A stretch of 52,741 nucleotides of DNA, taken from the NCBI GenBank assembly GCA_032718475.1, contig JAUCBJ010006837.1, positions 1-52,741 of the forward strand. The letters run 5' to 3'. Each line of letters starts with the position of its first letter. Positions within the stretch are counted from its first letter, which is position 1. Below the pieces are notes generated by a model, which was not told the origin of the DNA, made no database searches, and worked only from the letters and a program-made list of their open reading frames with translations. A program made the translations under genes and the position numbers. Source of the stretch: Nemertoderma westbladi. Its lineage: Eukaryota; Animalia; Xenacoelomorpha. Shown here piece by piece: positions 35,763 to 47,512 of this stretch.

Positions 35763-38700
35763 CTAATCTGCGCTAGACTTTATTCGCTGAATGACAACGC
35801 ATCGCCTTTTACTCCGTCTTACAGTCCCGACAACCTCCTCAGTAACATCTGGTTGACCCCGGTTGGTGAGTCGTCGTTTTGGAGCCACTGGAACCTCCTT
35901 TCCACCGCTGCCGACCAACCCATTAGTTAACGTTTCTCTTCCAGAATCATTATTGCCCGTTTCTCGGCCTCCAAGAATTGATTCTGTTTCCTTTAACGTG
36001 GTTTCCGACTCACTAGCGCCCACGAGTGTAACCGCAGGAGCATCGCTTACCGGGTCAGCCATGGTTAATTCTTCAATTTTCATATCTTCTTCTTTCGGCT
36101 TATTTTCTATCCTTTTAGGACTTTTAATCTCCGCAACTATTATATCACCTTCTCCCACTTCGTCATCCATAGCAACAATAATTCTTCCAGCATCATCTTT
36201 ATCTGCTTGGTCTTCATCTTCCATATCTACCCCAATAACTCCATTAACAGCTGTTGCTTCCCCTGACCCGGGTTTGTTCCCACTGCTATCGGTATCCTTA
36301 CTGCTACTATCAACGCCGGTAGGTTCCACCACCCTTTTAACCATCGCTATTAGTTTGCGAGGCACATCGTTACCCCCGTAACGCTGTTTACACGATGCCA
36401 TGGCAACTGTCACAGCCTCCCCGAGGTCGGAACGTTGACTCGAGTCAATATGTTCCGCGAACGATGGTGAGACAAATAAACAATCGATTAAAATTAGTAT
36501 TTCAGTAAATAAACGCGGTTTAGGTGTGGCCGATGGATCATTTAAGTTTGTAGAAAGTTGAGTGACGATTTGATTGCTAAAGTCTTTAAGGCGAGACTGA
36601 ACTTGGTTCTGGTTACACCGGCTAATGGTGTTGCTTTTAATGATTTCGTGAAGGATCGTGTAAGCTTGTATCTTGCGATAGGGATTGGAAGCCGTTGAGG
36701 TGGATACAGTGAGTTCTGGAACTAAGGAGAATCCAAGATCGGGAAATTTCCGCACAACATCCATAAAGAACTTCGGTTTCATATGAGACAACCTGCCGCT
36801 CATGTAGGTCCTTAAGGTCGTCATCAACAAGTTGGTCACGGAATCTCTCGGATTCTCACTACTCTCCAGAACTTTGATAAGATAAAGCGCGGCCTCGTAG
36901 AGGTAGTTCGATGTCAAAGGAGATAGAGATTTGTTTCCTAAATGAAGGCAATTAAACAGAGCTGATTTGCCGATATCGTAAGCCGCCGTGTTCCCATTAA
37001 TATGAGGGAATTGTTTGCTACATGTAAATAATCCTAAAGTCTGAACTACCTTCTTATACAAATGACTATCAACTTCTATCTCGATTAGCAGTTTAACCAA
37101 CGTTTCCAAACAATATAGAATTAGATAATTATCGCTTTTATCTTTAATGTAGGTGTAAATAAGGTCAATCAACCTAAGCTTAAAATTATCCAACAGCAAT
37201 TTCGATTTAATTTTATGTTCTTTAGATTTGGTTGTTTTTAATTTGAATACTTTCGCAATCGCGCTATCAAACTTAAGCATTTCCTCATCGTTCAAATCAT
37301 CTGCGCTTTCATCAGCGGCGAAACTTTCACCCATAGCGTTCTTTACATCACTTGCAAACTGCTCATCCAGGTCCACTGAATCGGAATCAGATTCACTGTC
37401 ACTGCTGGATTCCTCATCAGGAGGTGGGGTGGAGGATCCCAAATCCTTATCATCGGCATATACATCTTCACCACTCTCACCTTCGACGTCGGAATCATCC
37501 ACCTTAACAACATCATCATCATCCTTTCCACTACTAAGAAGTGGCGCTGTTAGAAGTTGTATGGTAGACGGCGTTATCTCCGGGACTATTTGATGGAATG
37601 CATGACGAACAATCGTTTTCGTGTGCGGAACATCAGAAGACAAAATGGTGAGTAATATCTCCGAGACAACATCAACCCAATGAGGTTCGCCGTTGGTGGG
37701 ATCTGAGGCGGAAGTCGCGACCTTCTTAGCGCAGACGAGTAAATCGGGAAGAACTGAAACAGATTCCGACTTATTTCCGAGAATATTAACTGCGAAATGA
37801 ACGAGAATCTCGAAGACCGCCCTGGTAGGGGATTTACCGTTGGATATCCCGAGGTAAAGTCCCTCCGCTACCGTCAGCAACTCCTCCCACAGTTTTGAGT
37901 CACAAACTGTGTTATGACGTAGTTGCACTTCAGGTTCCGAACAGATGCACTGCCCGGCGAATGTTAGGAATTTGTATCCGATTTCGGGACAACTAGTTAG
38001 ACCCAATGATAAAACTTTATGTAAAGATATATCGAGAAGATTAATTATCTCATCGCTGAGTGGGGGAACAGGTTGGGGGTACTCAGTAAATATTGGTGAA
38101 GATGAGTTTGCTGTTGGTCCTATAAAATATGAATAAAATGCAAGAAAATTACACAATCCAACGTCTTCCGACAAGTAGGATTTATTGGCCATCATCAGAG
38201 CCAATATAGGTTTCCTTGACTCGTCCACATGTTTTTCACTTCCATCACCAGCGTTAATAAACGCATCCCGAAGCCATTCCAGACATTCTCTCATTGCCTT
38301 TGGTTTCAGTTTCGACACACAAGATATAACCGTTTTAGTGGAAGTGCGGCAGTCAAACTTAAACTTTACTGATGAATCGCACAGAGACTTTATAATACGG
38401 AGCTGCTTTTTAGAACTTGTCGAAGGGTCTGAAACGATGTTGGTGAGATTTTCTACAAATATATTGGCAGCCAACCTTAGCCGAGGTTGTGGATGGCCTT
38501 GTTTCCATCGCCACGATAAAACACGAACCAAATTGTTTACGAATGTGTGGCTTAAAACGGTCTTTAATTGGCTCCTGTTGCACAATTCTAACAAAAACGA
38601 AAACACCATCAGAGTCGCTGCCCTGGTAGATGTGTCTGTGTTCTCGCCTGTCCACAATGGACTTGATAACGTCATAAAATGTAACATTCCTTGACAGTCA

Positions 38701-39473
38701 GCTACAAGTAACTCAGCCACCATCTTCAACAGAGGATGTATAACAGGAAGGTGTTGCACGGTTTGTTGAATAACAAATTGAATCCTCTCTAGGTTATCCT
38801 TGTTTACAATAGACCCTCCCCAGTGGTTACTGATAAACTCTTCTGTAATGCATTTAGGGAAGATACTGGAGCCCTGTATCACAAAAACAACCCTTAACAA
38901 ACTACAGTCACTCCAACCTAGTTTCAGCTCAGATTCCACTTCTGGCCAGATAAACTTTCGAAATTTTTTTGAATTTAATTGAGATAGAATTTCCTTCAAA
39001 ATTTCTGCCGAAATTACTTCTAAATAGGATCTTTTAGAAGCAATTATAAATAATTTGTTAATAATGGCAGCAACATACTTAGTATCGCATGAAGGAAGCA
39101 ATCCAGATTGGCATATAGCCACCATGAAAAACATTTGGCCAATACAATTCTCACGTTTATAAATTTTATCTGAAACATTGACATTGAGCTGTTTGTCGCA
39201 TTCTTCTAAAGCCCGGTCAATAGGGACGTCAAAATTAAGCAAAAGTTCGGATAGAGCCATGGTGAATCCATTTCGGGCGCCTTCTCTTGGAGACGATAAT
39301 CCTTTCACTAAACGTTGTAACGTATAAGTAACCTCCTGCTCCAGGGCCTCAGGATCGTTGTCTTCCTTGAACTGTTTGAGATCGCTGATTAAACTGCAAA
39401 CGGAATCGATATGGATATCAGTTGCGGGAGAGGCCAACTTCCAGAAGTGACCACGGAGAGAATCCGCATCCAT
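35763..39473 (-). CDS. MYBBP1A: Myb-binding protein 1A / Pol5 (DNA polymerase phi family, nucleolar ribosome-biogenesis factor), single-exon CDS
   Basis: About 1236 aa from the first ATG (39473); FWKLAS, YTLQRLVKGLSSPREGARNGFTMALSELL, EPHWVDVVSEILL, acidic tract, DEEMLKFDSAIAKVF, FKLRLIDLI, low-complexity C-terminus ending in a basic patch. Confidence 0.9.
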   Translation of the reverse strand: MDADSLRGHFWKLASPATDIHIDSVCSLISDLKQFKEDNDPEALEQEVTYTLQRLVKGLSSPREGARNGFTMALSELLLNFDVPIDRALEECDKQLNVNVSDKIYKRENCIGQMFFMVAICQSGLLPSCDTKYVAAIINKLFIIASKRSYLEVISAEILKEILSQLNSKKFRKFIWPEVESELKLGWSDCSLLRVVFVIQGSSIFPKCITEEFISNHWGGSIVNKDNLERIQFVIQQTVQHLPVIHPLLKMVAELLVADCQGMLHFMTLSSPLWTGENTDTSTRAATLMVFSFLLELCNRSQLKTVLSHTFVNNLVRVLSWRWKQGHPQPRLRLAANIFVENLTNIVSDPSTSSKKQLRIIKSLCDSSVKFKFDCRTSTKTVISCVSKLKPKAMRECLEWLRDAFINAGDGSEKHVDESRKPILALMMANKSYLSEDVGLCNFLAFYSYFIGPTANSSSPIFTEYPQPVPPLSDEIINLLDISLHKVLSLGLTSCPEIGYKFLTFAGQCICSEPEVQLRHNTVCDSKLWEELLTVAEGLYLGISNGKSPTRAVFEILVHFAVNILGNKSESVSVLPDLLVCAKKVATSASDPTNGEPHWVDVVSEILLTILSSDVPHTKTIVRHAFHQIVPEITPSTIQLLTAPLLSSGKDDDDVVKVDDSDVEGESGEDVYADDKDLGSSTPPPDEESSSDSESDSDSVDLDEQFASDVKNAMGESFAADESADDLNDEEMLKFDSAIAKVFKLKTTKSKEHKIKSKLLLDNFKLRLIDLIYTYIKDKSDNYLILYCLETLVKLLIEIEVDSHLYKKVVQTLGLFTCSKQFPHINGNTAAYDIGKSALFNCLHLGNKSLSPLTSNYLYEAALYLIKVLESSENPRDSVTNLLMTTLRTYMSGRLSHMKPKFFMDVVRKFPDLGFSLVPELTVSTSTASNPYRKIQAYTILHEIIKSNTISRCNQNQVQSRLKDFSNQIVTQLSTNLNDPSATPKPRLFTEILILIDCLFVSPSFAEHIDSSQRSDLGEAVTVAMASCKQRYGGNDVPRKLIAMVKRVVEPTGVDSSSKDTDSSGNKPGSGEATAVNGVIGVDMEDEDQADKDDAGRIIVAMDDEVGEGDIIVAEIKSPKRIENKPKEEDMKIEELTMADPVSDAPAVTLVGASESETTLKETESILGGRETGNNDSGRETLTNGLVGSGGKEVPVAPKRRLTNRGQPDVTEEVVGTVRRSKRRCVVIQRIKSSAD

Positions 39474-40711
39474 TATCAACTTTGATAATACAAACCTGCA
39501 GGCTTTCTACAGCTAGGCCTAAACTTATTATTATTATTATAGGCCTAAACACAGTGAAATATTGTAAAATGAAATGAATTAAAATTAAAATTTATAAATT
39601 AAAGTTTAAAATTATATAATTCAGTAATTTGTGCAGTTATGGGCATATAGGGCCTACTGATATATGCATGCATGCAGATATGGCCGATAAAAATTTCGTC
39701 TGACCATAAAACAGTAAAATATAAATTTCATTAAAAAAAATTGGTTTTCTATTCAGCTATTCTACAATATTCCTAACTCTGTAACTCTTGATTATTGTTT
39801 TGGTTCCTTTCAACTCGCTTCTGTCTGTCTGTAACCTGCCAGCCTGCTCCAATTACTAACCTTCCTGGTTTTGGAGTCCACCAAGCAGCCAAGCAGCCAA
39901 GCTCAAACAGGATAGGCCTAGGTTAATCAGTTAATCCCCCCTCCAGCCTCCACCTATTTTGATGTACGGTCGGTCCGCCTGTCAGCCGGTAGCCTACTGC
40001 ATACTGGCATTGGGCATAGGGCCTAGACCTACTGTTACGTGTTAGCAGGTTAGGCCTATTTATAACAATATTTCAGTATTTTTTCATGTTCAGTAACCAC
40101 TCATTACAGAATTATGCATTATGTCCGTTGATTTTGACTTTTTATGTCCGCGGAAATTCGCGATTTTAGTAGGCCCTACCTGTTCTCTTAGGCTATTATC
40201 AGTACCTTTTTTTAACCTCACAAGTTTCATTTATTTACATAGATAGGCCTAATAAAAACTTTACAAAATTCAGATAATGTTAAACAATACAGCAATAGGC
40301 CTACCCACCAGCTGACATTACTAGGCAACAAATGCTGAAATGTAAGAGGAAAATTTAAAATGAAAAGTGTACCGGTACTTTGCCCACCCCCAACACAGAA
40401 ACAGTCTCTATATGACAGTATGGCTGTATGGTGTATGGATGGAGCAGGAGCATAGGCCTACTTCTGTACTACGACTACCCCACCCTGCCGAACTGCGCCA
40501 ACACCCCCCAAGTCCTGAAGTCTATTAGTCAGTCAGTACCGGTATCCTGGTATCACATCCTGACATATCAGTGTATAGACCATAGACCAGTACTGCAGTA
40601 GCCTATATTTGTTAGGTAAATCATTACAGCATTATTATTAAACACACCGAAATATTATAAAATTAATTAAAATTGGCAGTTATATTTTTGACCTATATTT
40701 ATTACTTTTTT

Positions 40712-40935
40712 GCCCTATATTTTTTACTCAAATGCCCTATATATTTTTTAATACTTTTATGCCCTATATAAGTACTTTCCTGCCCTATATTTTTTACTCA
40801 AATGCCCTATATTTTTTTTTATACTTTTATGCCCTATATAAGTACTTTCCTGCCCTATATTTTTTACTCAAATGCCCTATATTTTTTTTTATACTTTTAT
40901 GCCCTATATAAGTACTTTTCTGCCCTTTATTTTTT
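40712..40935. repeat. 70-bp tandem repeat (about 3 copies) built from GCCCTATAT subunits
   Basis: gccctatataagtacttt recurs at 40761, 40831 and 40901. Confidence 0.9.
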
Positions 40936-41224
40936 TGGACTTAGCAAAACTGCTATACTTGACTGTTAGACTGTTGATTATTACTGTGCCTAACCCTAAT
41001 CAAAAAAATAAACCAATAAATGCGTCAAATGTGTAAATAAATGGGTCAAATGTGTAAATAAATGGGTCCTAGTTACAGGACCAGATTTGCCCTAGTAAGA
41101 GGGTTTGTGCAGCTACTAAATACACTACTGCATGCTCTAAATATTTCCCTAGATAAACTACTGTAGCACCCAAACGCGAGCATCGAGTTCGATGTCATTC
41201 TCATCCCTGGGTGGATATTGAGGT

Positions 41225-42187
41225 CACGAAGCTATTATTAATAGAAATAAACCAACCCATAGATTCCAAGAGACACGCAGCCATAATGATGAACAACTTC
41301 TAAAACAAACCCGCAATAAACTACAACTATAATTAGAAAGAAGAAGACTGCGTATATCAAAGAGAAAATTGCATTGGCTGGTAAAGACAGTAAAAAACTT
41401 TGGAAAGCCTTGAAAGACATGGCCCCCGTGGACTATTACAAAAACCTGGGAGTTTCGGAAATTTCTTTCGAATTTCACTCAACGACACATCAGCATATGA
41501 CGAGGTTTACAAAATATGTTCTAGGGTTGATGTTTCTAAAGCCACGGGATCGGATGAGATACCGCCAAAGATAATAAATGATGGGTTATCAGTCATTATA
41601 CTGTATCCCCATTATACTGTATTATACTGTATACTGTATATTATTAACCACTAAGTACCCTACAAGTTACAAGATCGCTTGTGTAAAGACTGCATATAAA
41701 AGCAGTGGTTCGCGACTAGAGAGAGGAAACTTTCACCCACTCTCATTACTTCCAATAATGTCTAAAATACTTGAAAGAGTTGCATTTAACCAACTACAAT
41801 TAATACCACCATATCAATAACAAACTAATAAATAAACTTCAATCGGGCTTTCGGGAGGGATATTTAACTGAAACCGCATTAATTTTTGTAGATAGCGCTA
41901 TTAGAAATGGCATGGACAATGGAAATCTCAATGGTATCGTCACTATCGACTTTCGAAAAGCCTTTGACTGTGTGAATCACAATATATTATTAGAAAAACT
42001 AAAGGCTACGGGCGCTACCGATAAAACAAAAGATTGGTTCGAATCATATCTCTCTGGTAGACAACAGTACGTTGCTATTGACAACACACGATCGGAGACT
42101 AAACCTATTAAAAAATGAGGTTCCCCAGGGATCTATCTTGGGAGTTCTACTGTACCAAGGAGACACTAACGACTTCTACATGGTACT
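41225..42187 (+). mobile_element. Degraded L2/Crack-like LINE, 5' part of RT (continues at 46327)
   Basis: SKKLWKALK, SKATGSDEIPPK, NFHPLSLLPIMSKILERV, LQSGFR, IDFRKAFDCVNHNILL, VPQGSILGVLL in shifting frames. Confidence 0.85.
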
Positions 42188-43683
42188 ACTACTAGGATCG
42201 GCATGCTGCATTGCAGCTGCATTTTTAATAATGCTGTGCCGGCTTATCGACAAAATTGCACCGGCACAACTCCTTATCACCCATGACATTTGCTAGATCA
42301 TCCGCATCTTCAAGGCCAGTGTCCTTTAAGATGCGTCTCAAGAAAGTCATGGGCTGTCCACCATGCTTATCCACTCCATGAGGCTGCCAAAGTACAAGAT
42401 TATGCACTGGCTGGTCCTCACGGCGAAAGCAATGTCCTGCAAAGCGGAGGCGATTTTGTTCTAGTGTCAAGCTTGGGGGAACCAATGAGTCACCTCCAAT
42501 GTTATATAGTGTCTGGTTGGAGATGTGTGCATTGTACTTGACACAATGAACCCGGCGTAGCATTCTTGTGAATGTGCCATCCAGAGATTTGGTGTCCTCA
42601 GCAGTTAGAGCCCAGCATGGACTCCCATAGAGGAGTACTGGAACTACTGCTGCTCTAAATAATCGGACCTTAAGTTTCCGATTAATTCTCGGTGACTTCC
42701 AAATCCTGGAAAGCCTATTCAAGGCAGCCCATGCCTTTCCCTTACGTATTCGAAGGTCCTCACCTGACTTTCGGATCCATGATCCCAGGTAACAGAAGTC
42801 ATCCACATGCTCAAGCATACCATCGTTTGAGCTTATGCTCATCCGATCAGAGACTTGCTGAGGACTTTCAAAGTCAACTGTCAAAATGTTGGTCTTTCTG
42901 GAGTTAATAAAAAGACGATGAGCTAATGAGCCGAGGAGCCGTTGGGCTCCCTCTAGTGATTCTGTGAGTACTCCTAAGTCATCAGCAAAGTCTAGATCAG
43001 TTAGGTACTTGGCAGGATTTCCTCGACTTCTGGAGCCAGTAGGTGGAGTTATCATCACCCTATCATCATTATGATGATCTAAGGACATGCGTAGAACATA
43101 GGCAACAACAATTATGAACAAGAATGGTGCAAGTGTGTCTCCCTAGAGGACGCCCCATAACACTTGAAATGGTTTTGTTTCACCGTCAACAGTAGACACA
43201 AATGTTGTCGAACCATCGTATACTGATCTGATTGCTGCTATAATTTCATCAGGAATCCCATATAATGAAAGTATGCTGAACATACGTGAGCGAGAGACTG
43301 AAGCAAAGGCCTTGAAGAAGTCAACAAAGATAACAGCCAGACGCCTGTCTTTCTTTTTTGATAACTCTTAAATTATCCTTCTAAGTGCCAAAATGGGCTC
43401 CATGGTCCCACGACCTTTACGGAACCCATTCTGATTTCCACGGAGCAGTCTCTCAATGGGATCCCTGATGCGATTTAATAGAATTCTATTGTATAGCTTT
43501 CCAGCAATCGAGATCAATGAGATTCCCCGAAAATAACCATAGAGTGTTAGGTTGCCCTTCTTGGGAACTGGCACCAACTTATTTGTTTTCATTTCTTGTG
43601 GGACTCTTGTTGTTCGGTACATGTCTACTATGATGGGATAGATGAGCTTTAAACACTCAGGTATTTTAAAGACCTCAGGGGGT
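42188..43683 (-). mobile_element. 5'-truncated RTE-clade LINE with (TAG)n tail
   Basis: VPVPKKGNL, FRGISLISIAGKLYNRILLNRI, NQNGFRKGRGT, VDFFKAF, LDFADDL, FCYLGSWI, RLRFAGHCFR; stops and frameshifts; the tail tagtagt abuts the TSD. Confidence 0.92.
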
Positions 43684-44957
43684 GTACGCGCTTTTGAAGA
43701 CCTTTAGCAGTTTAACCTGCCAAAATTTATATGTCTTTTGGTTTATAAATAGACTTTAGAAATTGACAAATATTTAATACCAATAAACACAACATTAGCA
43801 GAAGCCAGCCTAGTGCGCGTCCATTCACCCGCTGGATATACCCGGGAGACTGGATTCTGAGGGCTTAGATTATTATTGCAGTGTAAGCTTACTGTATTAT
43901 TCGATTGATCGTTAATAAATAATTTCTGACTAATATTATTCACTTTCGGGAAATATTAACAGTTCCTTTAGGACGTGGCGCTCTATCTAGGTAAACAGAG
44001 ATATGACTTATACTAATCACAACGGTAAGTCGGTAAGGCTTATGATTCACGTATGAGGCGCATTCTTTAGGAAATGCTTAGTTATCAGTCACAATCATGC
44101 ACACTACCGGTAACACACAATACTGCTCACTTATTTGCCGACCGTCAATGAATTTTATCATATATAAAGAGAACAGCAACTGACTCATGTAGTGCTTATC
44201 AAATAGCATTAAATTCACTACAAACCACAATAATATAAGTCGCAATCGCTATATGTAACCTGTCTCTCTAACCTGTAGTGTATCAAGAAAATTGGGAAAT
44301 TTGGGTTCTTTATAAATGTTCTCCAAATAATATTCAACCAACTGATACAAAATATGACAACAGTAAAAAGCATTAAGACGGTAGGTTAAGATATGATATG
44401 ACAAGTTATGAACTGGTATGTTATGATATGAACTGAACTGATAACAGTTATACGCTCTATAATCTTAAGCCTACTAATGTTTCTTCTAAAGTCTGAAACG
44501 AATTGACTCTAGAGCCGGTGTTCCTGGCCTAGATAGAAACAACACAACAGTATCAAGAAAAACAGTAAGACTGAACACTCCTAGCACGATCTGCCAAATA
44601 TCTCCACATCGACAGAAAAAATCGCTCTGATTGGCTGTTAAGCTAAACAAAGAACCATGTGTCCAATGGCCGTTTCCATGTCAGCAACCAGCTGTTAGAT
44701 GTCGTAATCTGAATCATCAAGGCTAAGCTGTGCCAGGGTATTTGACGCATTGCGGGTTTTTTGCCTTACCATGTCCGCCAAAGCACACATATAGAAGAAT
44801 GACTTTTATGTCCGTTAAAACACCTATAACGGTACCTTGCGGGCGAGGGGGACTGATTATATCCGCAAAAGCTTTTACACCGCTCCCAGAAAATGGGATT
44901 CAAGTTTATAAATATACAAAAATCACAGTTTCTAATATATGTAAATACTCTAAACAG

Positions 44958-46190
44958 TTAGCCTTTCTTGCGCGGACGGCGTTTACGCAGTTTTTTAAAG
45001 CTGGCCAGAGTCCTTTTCTCTTTGGGGCGAGCCACTTTACAAGGAGGGCTATAACTCCTGGGTGAAGGGTGCAATATAATTGCATCAGAGGGTGTAGGAT
45101 TATGGTCGGTGTATCTGCCAGTCGAAGTGCCGGGTTGATTGACATCAACGTCGGGGGAGCGGGGTCTAACGGCTTTGAGGGCGCGTTTTAAGACAGCCGC
45201 TCTTACGGGTCCTTTACGAGTGGTCTGAACGAGAGCCGTGGGTGGACCATAGGCAGTTAGAAACCTCCGGGGTTTAATGGTTCTTTCCAACTCGTGTTCG
45301 CGGGCTCGGTATTCGTAAGGCCGTCGATATACTTCCTGTAACTCGGGGTGTGAGTTAACAAATAAGTCTCCATAGTCCGGATCCTGACGGTTATAATTGA
45401 TTAAGTTATAGGAATGAAGGTCGCTAGGATTAACACTCCTGAGAAATTTGCGTACGAACTTGGTTGAAATACATTCTCCGACGCGCTTCAGTAGTTCGTA
45501 ACTCGATATGCGTGATTTCTGTTCGACAGAAGCGAATAGATAAGGATGGAACGCATAAACTCCTTCGTAAGCGCGTCCAGGATAATAGCGATGGCGCGAA
45601 TCACAATGTAAATCAGCGTTCGCTTCCCAAGCTCTAATGTAACGTAGTGTGATCATTTCATCTACGCTTTCCAAATCGTGATTAAAAGGGCAATCGAAAC
45701 TGGCGTGTCCCTTTAGTTGACAATGGTGACATTGAGTCATAAATTGAGGGCAAACCGCAAAAATGTGCAAGTTATTGAGTCTGCAATACGCACAATAAAT
45801 TTCCATCACCGGTTGTTCGTGGAAATAGGAACAGCGGACGTTTGTGTCCATGGGCGTAACATGGTCTCTCGATGCGCATAACCGACAACGTTGCCGAGAA
45901 ACATAGTTGGCATGGCGATAATTGTACGCAGTGAGACACTGTGGACCTTGATACCATTCTAGGATGTAATCGTTGTCGCTGTTCCGGGCGCGATAGGCTG
46001 AATCTCCTCAGATTCTAGGCATATTGGTTCGTCTTCCCAGTCTGTTACGAATAGAATTTTCGTGATATATTCTCGGTTTATCGTTACGACTCCGCTGGGT
46101 ATGATATTTAAATAGAACCATTTCCCTTTCGGTGTCTACATCGTCCGTATCATGTAAATCGATAGGATGGCCGGTAGTTAGTAAGTCCAT
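44958..46190 (-). pseudogene. CCHC zinc-knuckle protein ORF (about 410 codons, one in-frame TGA at 46008-46010; 297-aa intact portion from 45851)
   Basis: ORFs 46008-46190 and 44958-45851 are in the same frame with an open intervening segment; knuckles CRLCASRDH...C, CAYCRLNNLHIFAVC and CHHCQLKGHASFDC; basic C-terminus KKLRKRRPRKKG. Confidence 0.65.
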
Positions 46191-46200
46191 ATACGTAAGT

Positions 46201-46322
46201 CCGGCTTGTCAACAAAATTGCACCGCCACAACTCCCTATCACCCATGACATTTGCTAGATCATCCGCATCTTTAAGGGCAGTGTCCTTTAAGATGCGTCT
46301 CAAGAAAGTCATGGGCTGTCCA
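46201..46322 (-). mobile_element. Short second copy of the RTE ORF 3' end
   Basis: Direct repeat of 42239-42360 with 6 substitutions counted by eye (GQPMTFLRRILKDT...NFVDKP). Confidence 0.9.
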
Positions 46323-46326
46323 CATG

Positions 46327-47512
46327 TTCTACATGGTACTGTAATAGAGGATGACACCCTGGTCCCAACCTTTGCTGATGACACAAACTTAATAAAAACC
46401 AATGATAACTGAGAATTAATTTCTAAAAGTTTGAGTTCAACAATGGACAGAGTATTCGTCTGATGTGTACAAAATAAACTGACAATACTTTGATAAGACC
46501 TACAGCATACTCATTGGAACACACCATAAGATAGCTTCCTCTCCTGAATTATAAGTCTTTTGTGGTGGACAACGTACAAAAAATGCAAAATCGGTCACTT
46601 ACCTTGGCTCCGTGCTAGACCAATATCTAAGTGGGACCGAGATGGCCACAAAGGTAATAAAGAAATGTAACAATAGATTGAAGTTTTTACATAGATAAGA
46701 TATGGCGGATTACTAGACTACTATACAAGACGTTTGCTATGCAATAGGCCTACACTGATACAACCACATATCGATTACGCCGCATCTACTTGGTTTTACA
46801 GCATAACTCAACGCCTTCGTAAGCAATTGGAAGCACTGCAGAGGAAATGTGTTAGATATTGCCTTGGTTACGGTCCTCGTGAACGTATTGGAATCCAACA
46901 CTTCAAATAAATAAATTGGCTCCCTCTAAACGAAAGAATAAAGGCAGTTATAGCATCACATATGTTCAAAATTGTTAACAACATATCCCCCGATTACATG
47001 TCAGACCTCGTTACCATTCGTTGTCAAACACACTCACTGCGTTCTACTGAGTCATCAGCTGTGCTCCACAATTGTACGATAGTTTGCGGCAAGAAAGCGT
47101 TCACATTGAAAACTTTAGAAGTGTTCAAACACAACCTACAGTACAGCAGCTGCTAACTGAAAATTCAAATGAATACATTTGTCATGATTATTAAAGATAA
47201 CAAACATTGTATTTTATTGAACTTCATAATTATTTATTTTATAGGCCCAACAGCAGTGTTTTTATTATTGTATTTATTGACTTTTTTTAAAGTTACTTTT
47301 AGACTTTCATTTCATTGGCGCCATTCCATTTTCATTACAATTTTGGTGCAAATAATATTGTCTGCCGCATAGAGCACAGGGACCCTTATGGAAACGAGGT
47401 AAAACCTCATAAGACTATCCCTCCATTTTAATCTAATATTGCACATTTCCTACTGGTTTTTTTATTTAATTTTTCTGTTTTATTGATGTCTACTTGTACC
47501 CTGTCAAATAAA
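46327..47512 (+). mobile_element. Degraded L2/Crack-like LINE, 3' part of RT and 3' UTR
   Basis: FADDTNL, YLGSVLDQ, LIQPHIDYAASTW, LQRKCVR, MFKIVNNISPDYM; 3' UTR stem-loop 47379-47420; AATAAA at about 47507. Confidence 0.85.

Noticed and set aside
35863-38982. Plus-strand ORFs overlapping MYBBP1A, and similar short ORFs inside TRRAP
   Set aside because: They are shadow frames of real genes with no recognisable motifs.
42239-46322. LTR retrotransposon (terminal direct repeats plus a Gag-like ORF)
   Set aside because: The repeats are RTE coding sequence, there are no TG...CA ends or PBS/PPT, the RT is non-LTR type, and the TSD is 14 bp with a simple-repeat tail.
47379-47420. Hammerhead ribozyme (GAAAC followed by a stem)
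   Set aside because: There is no CUGANGA core and no correctly placed cleavage triplet.
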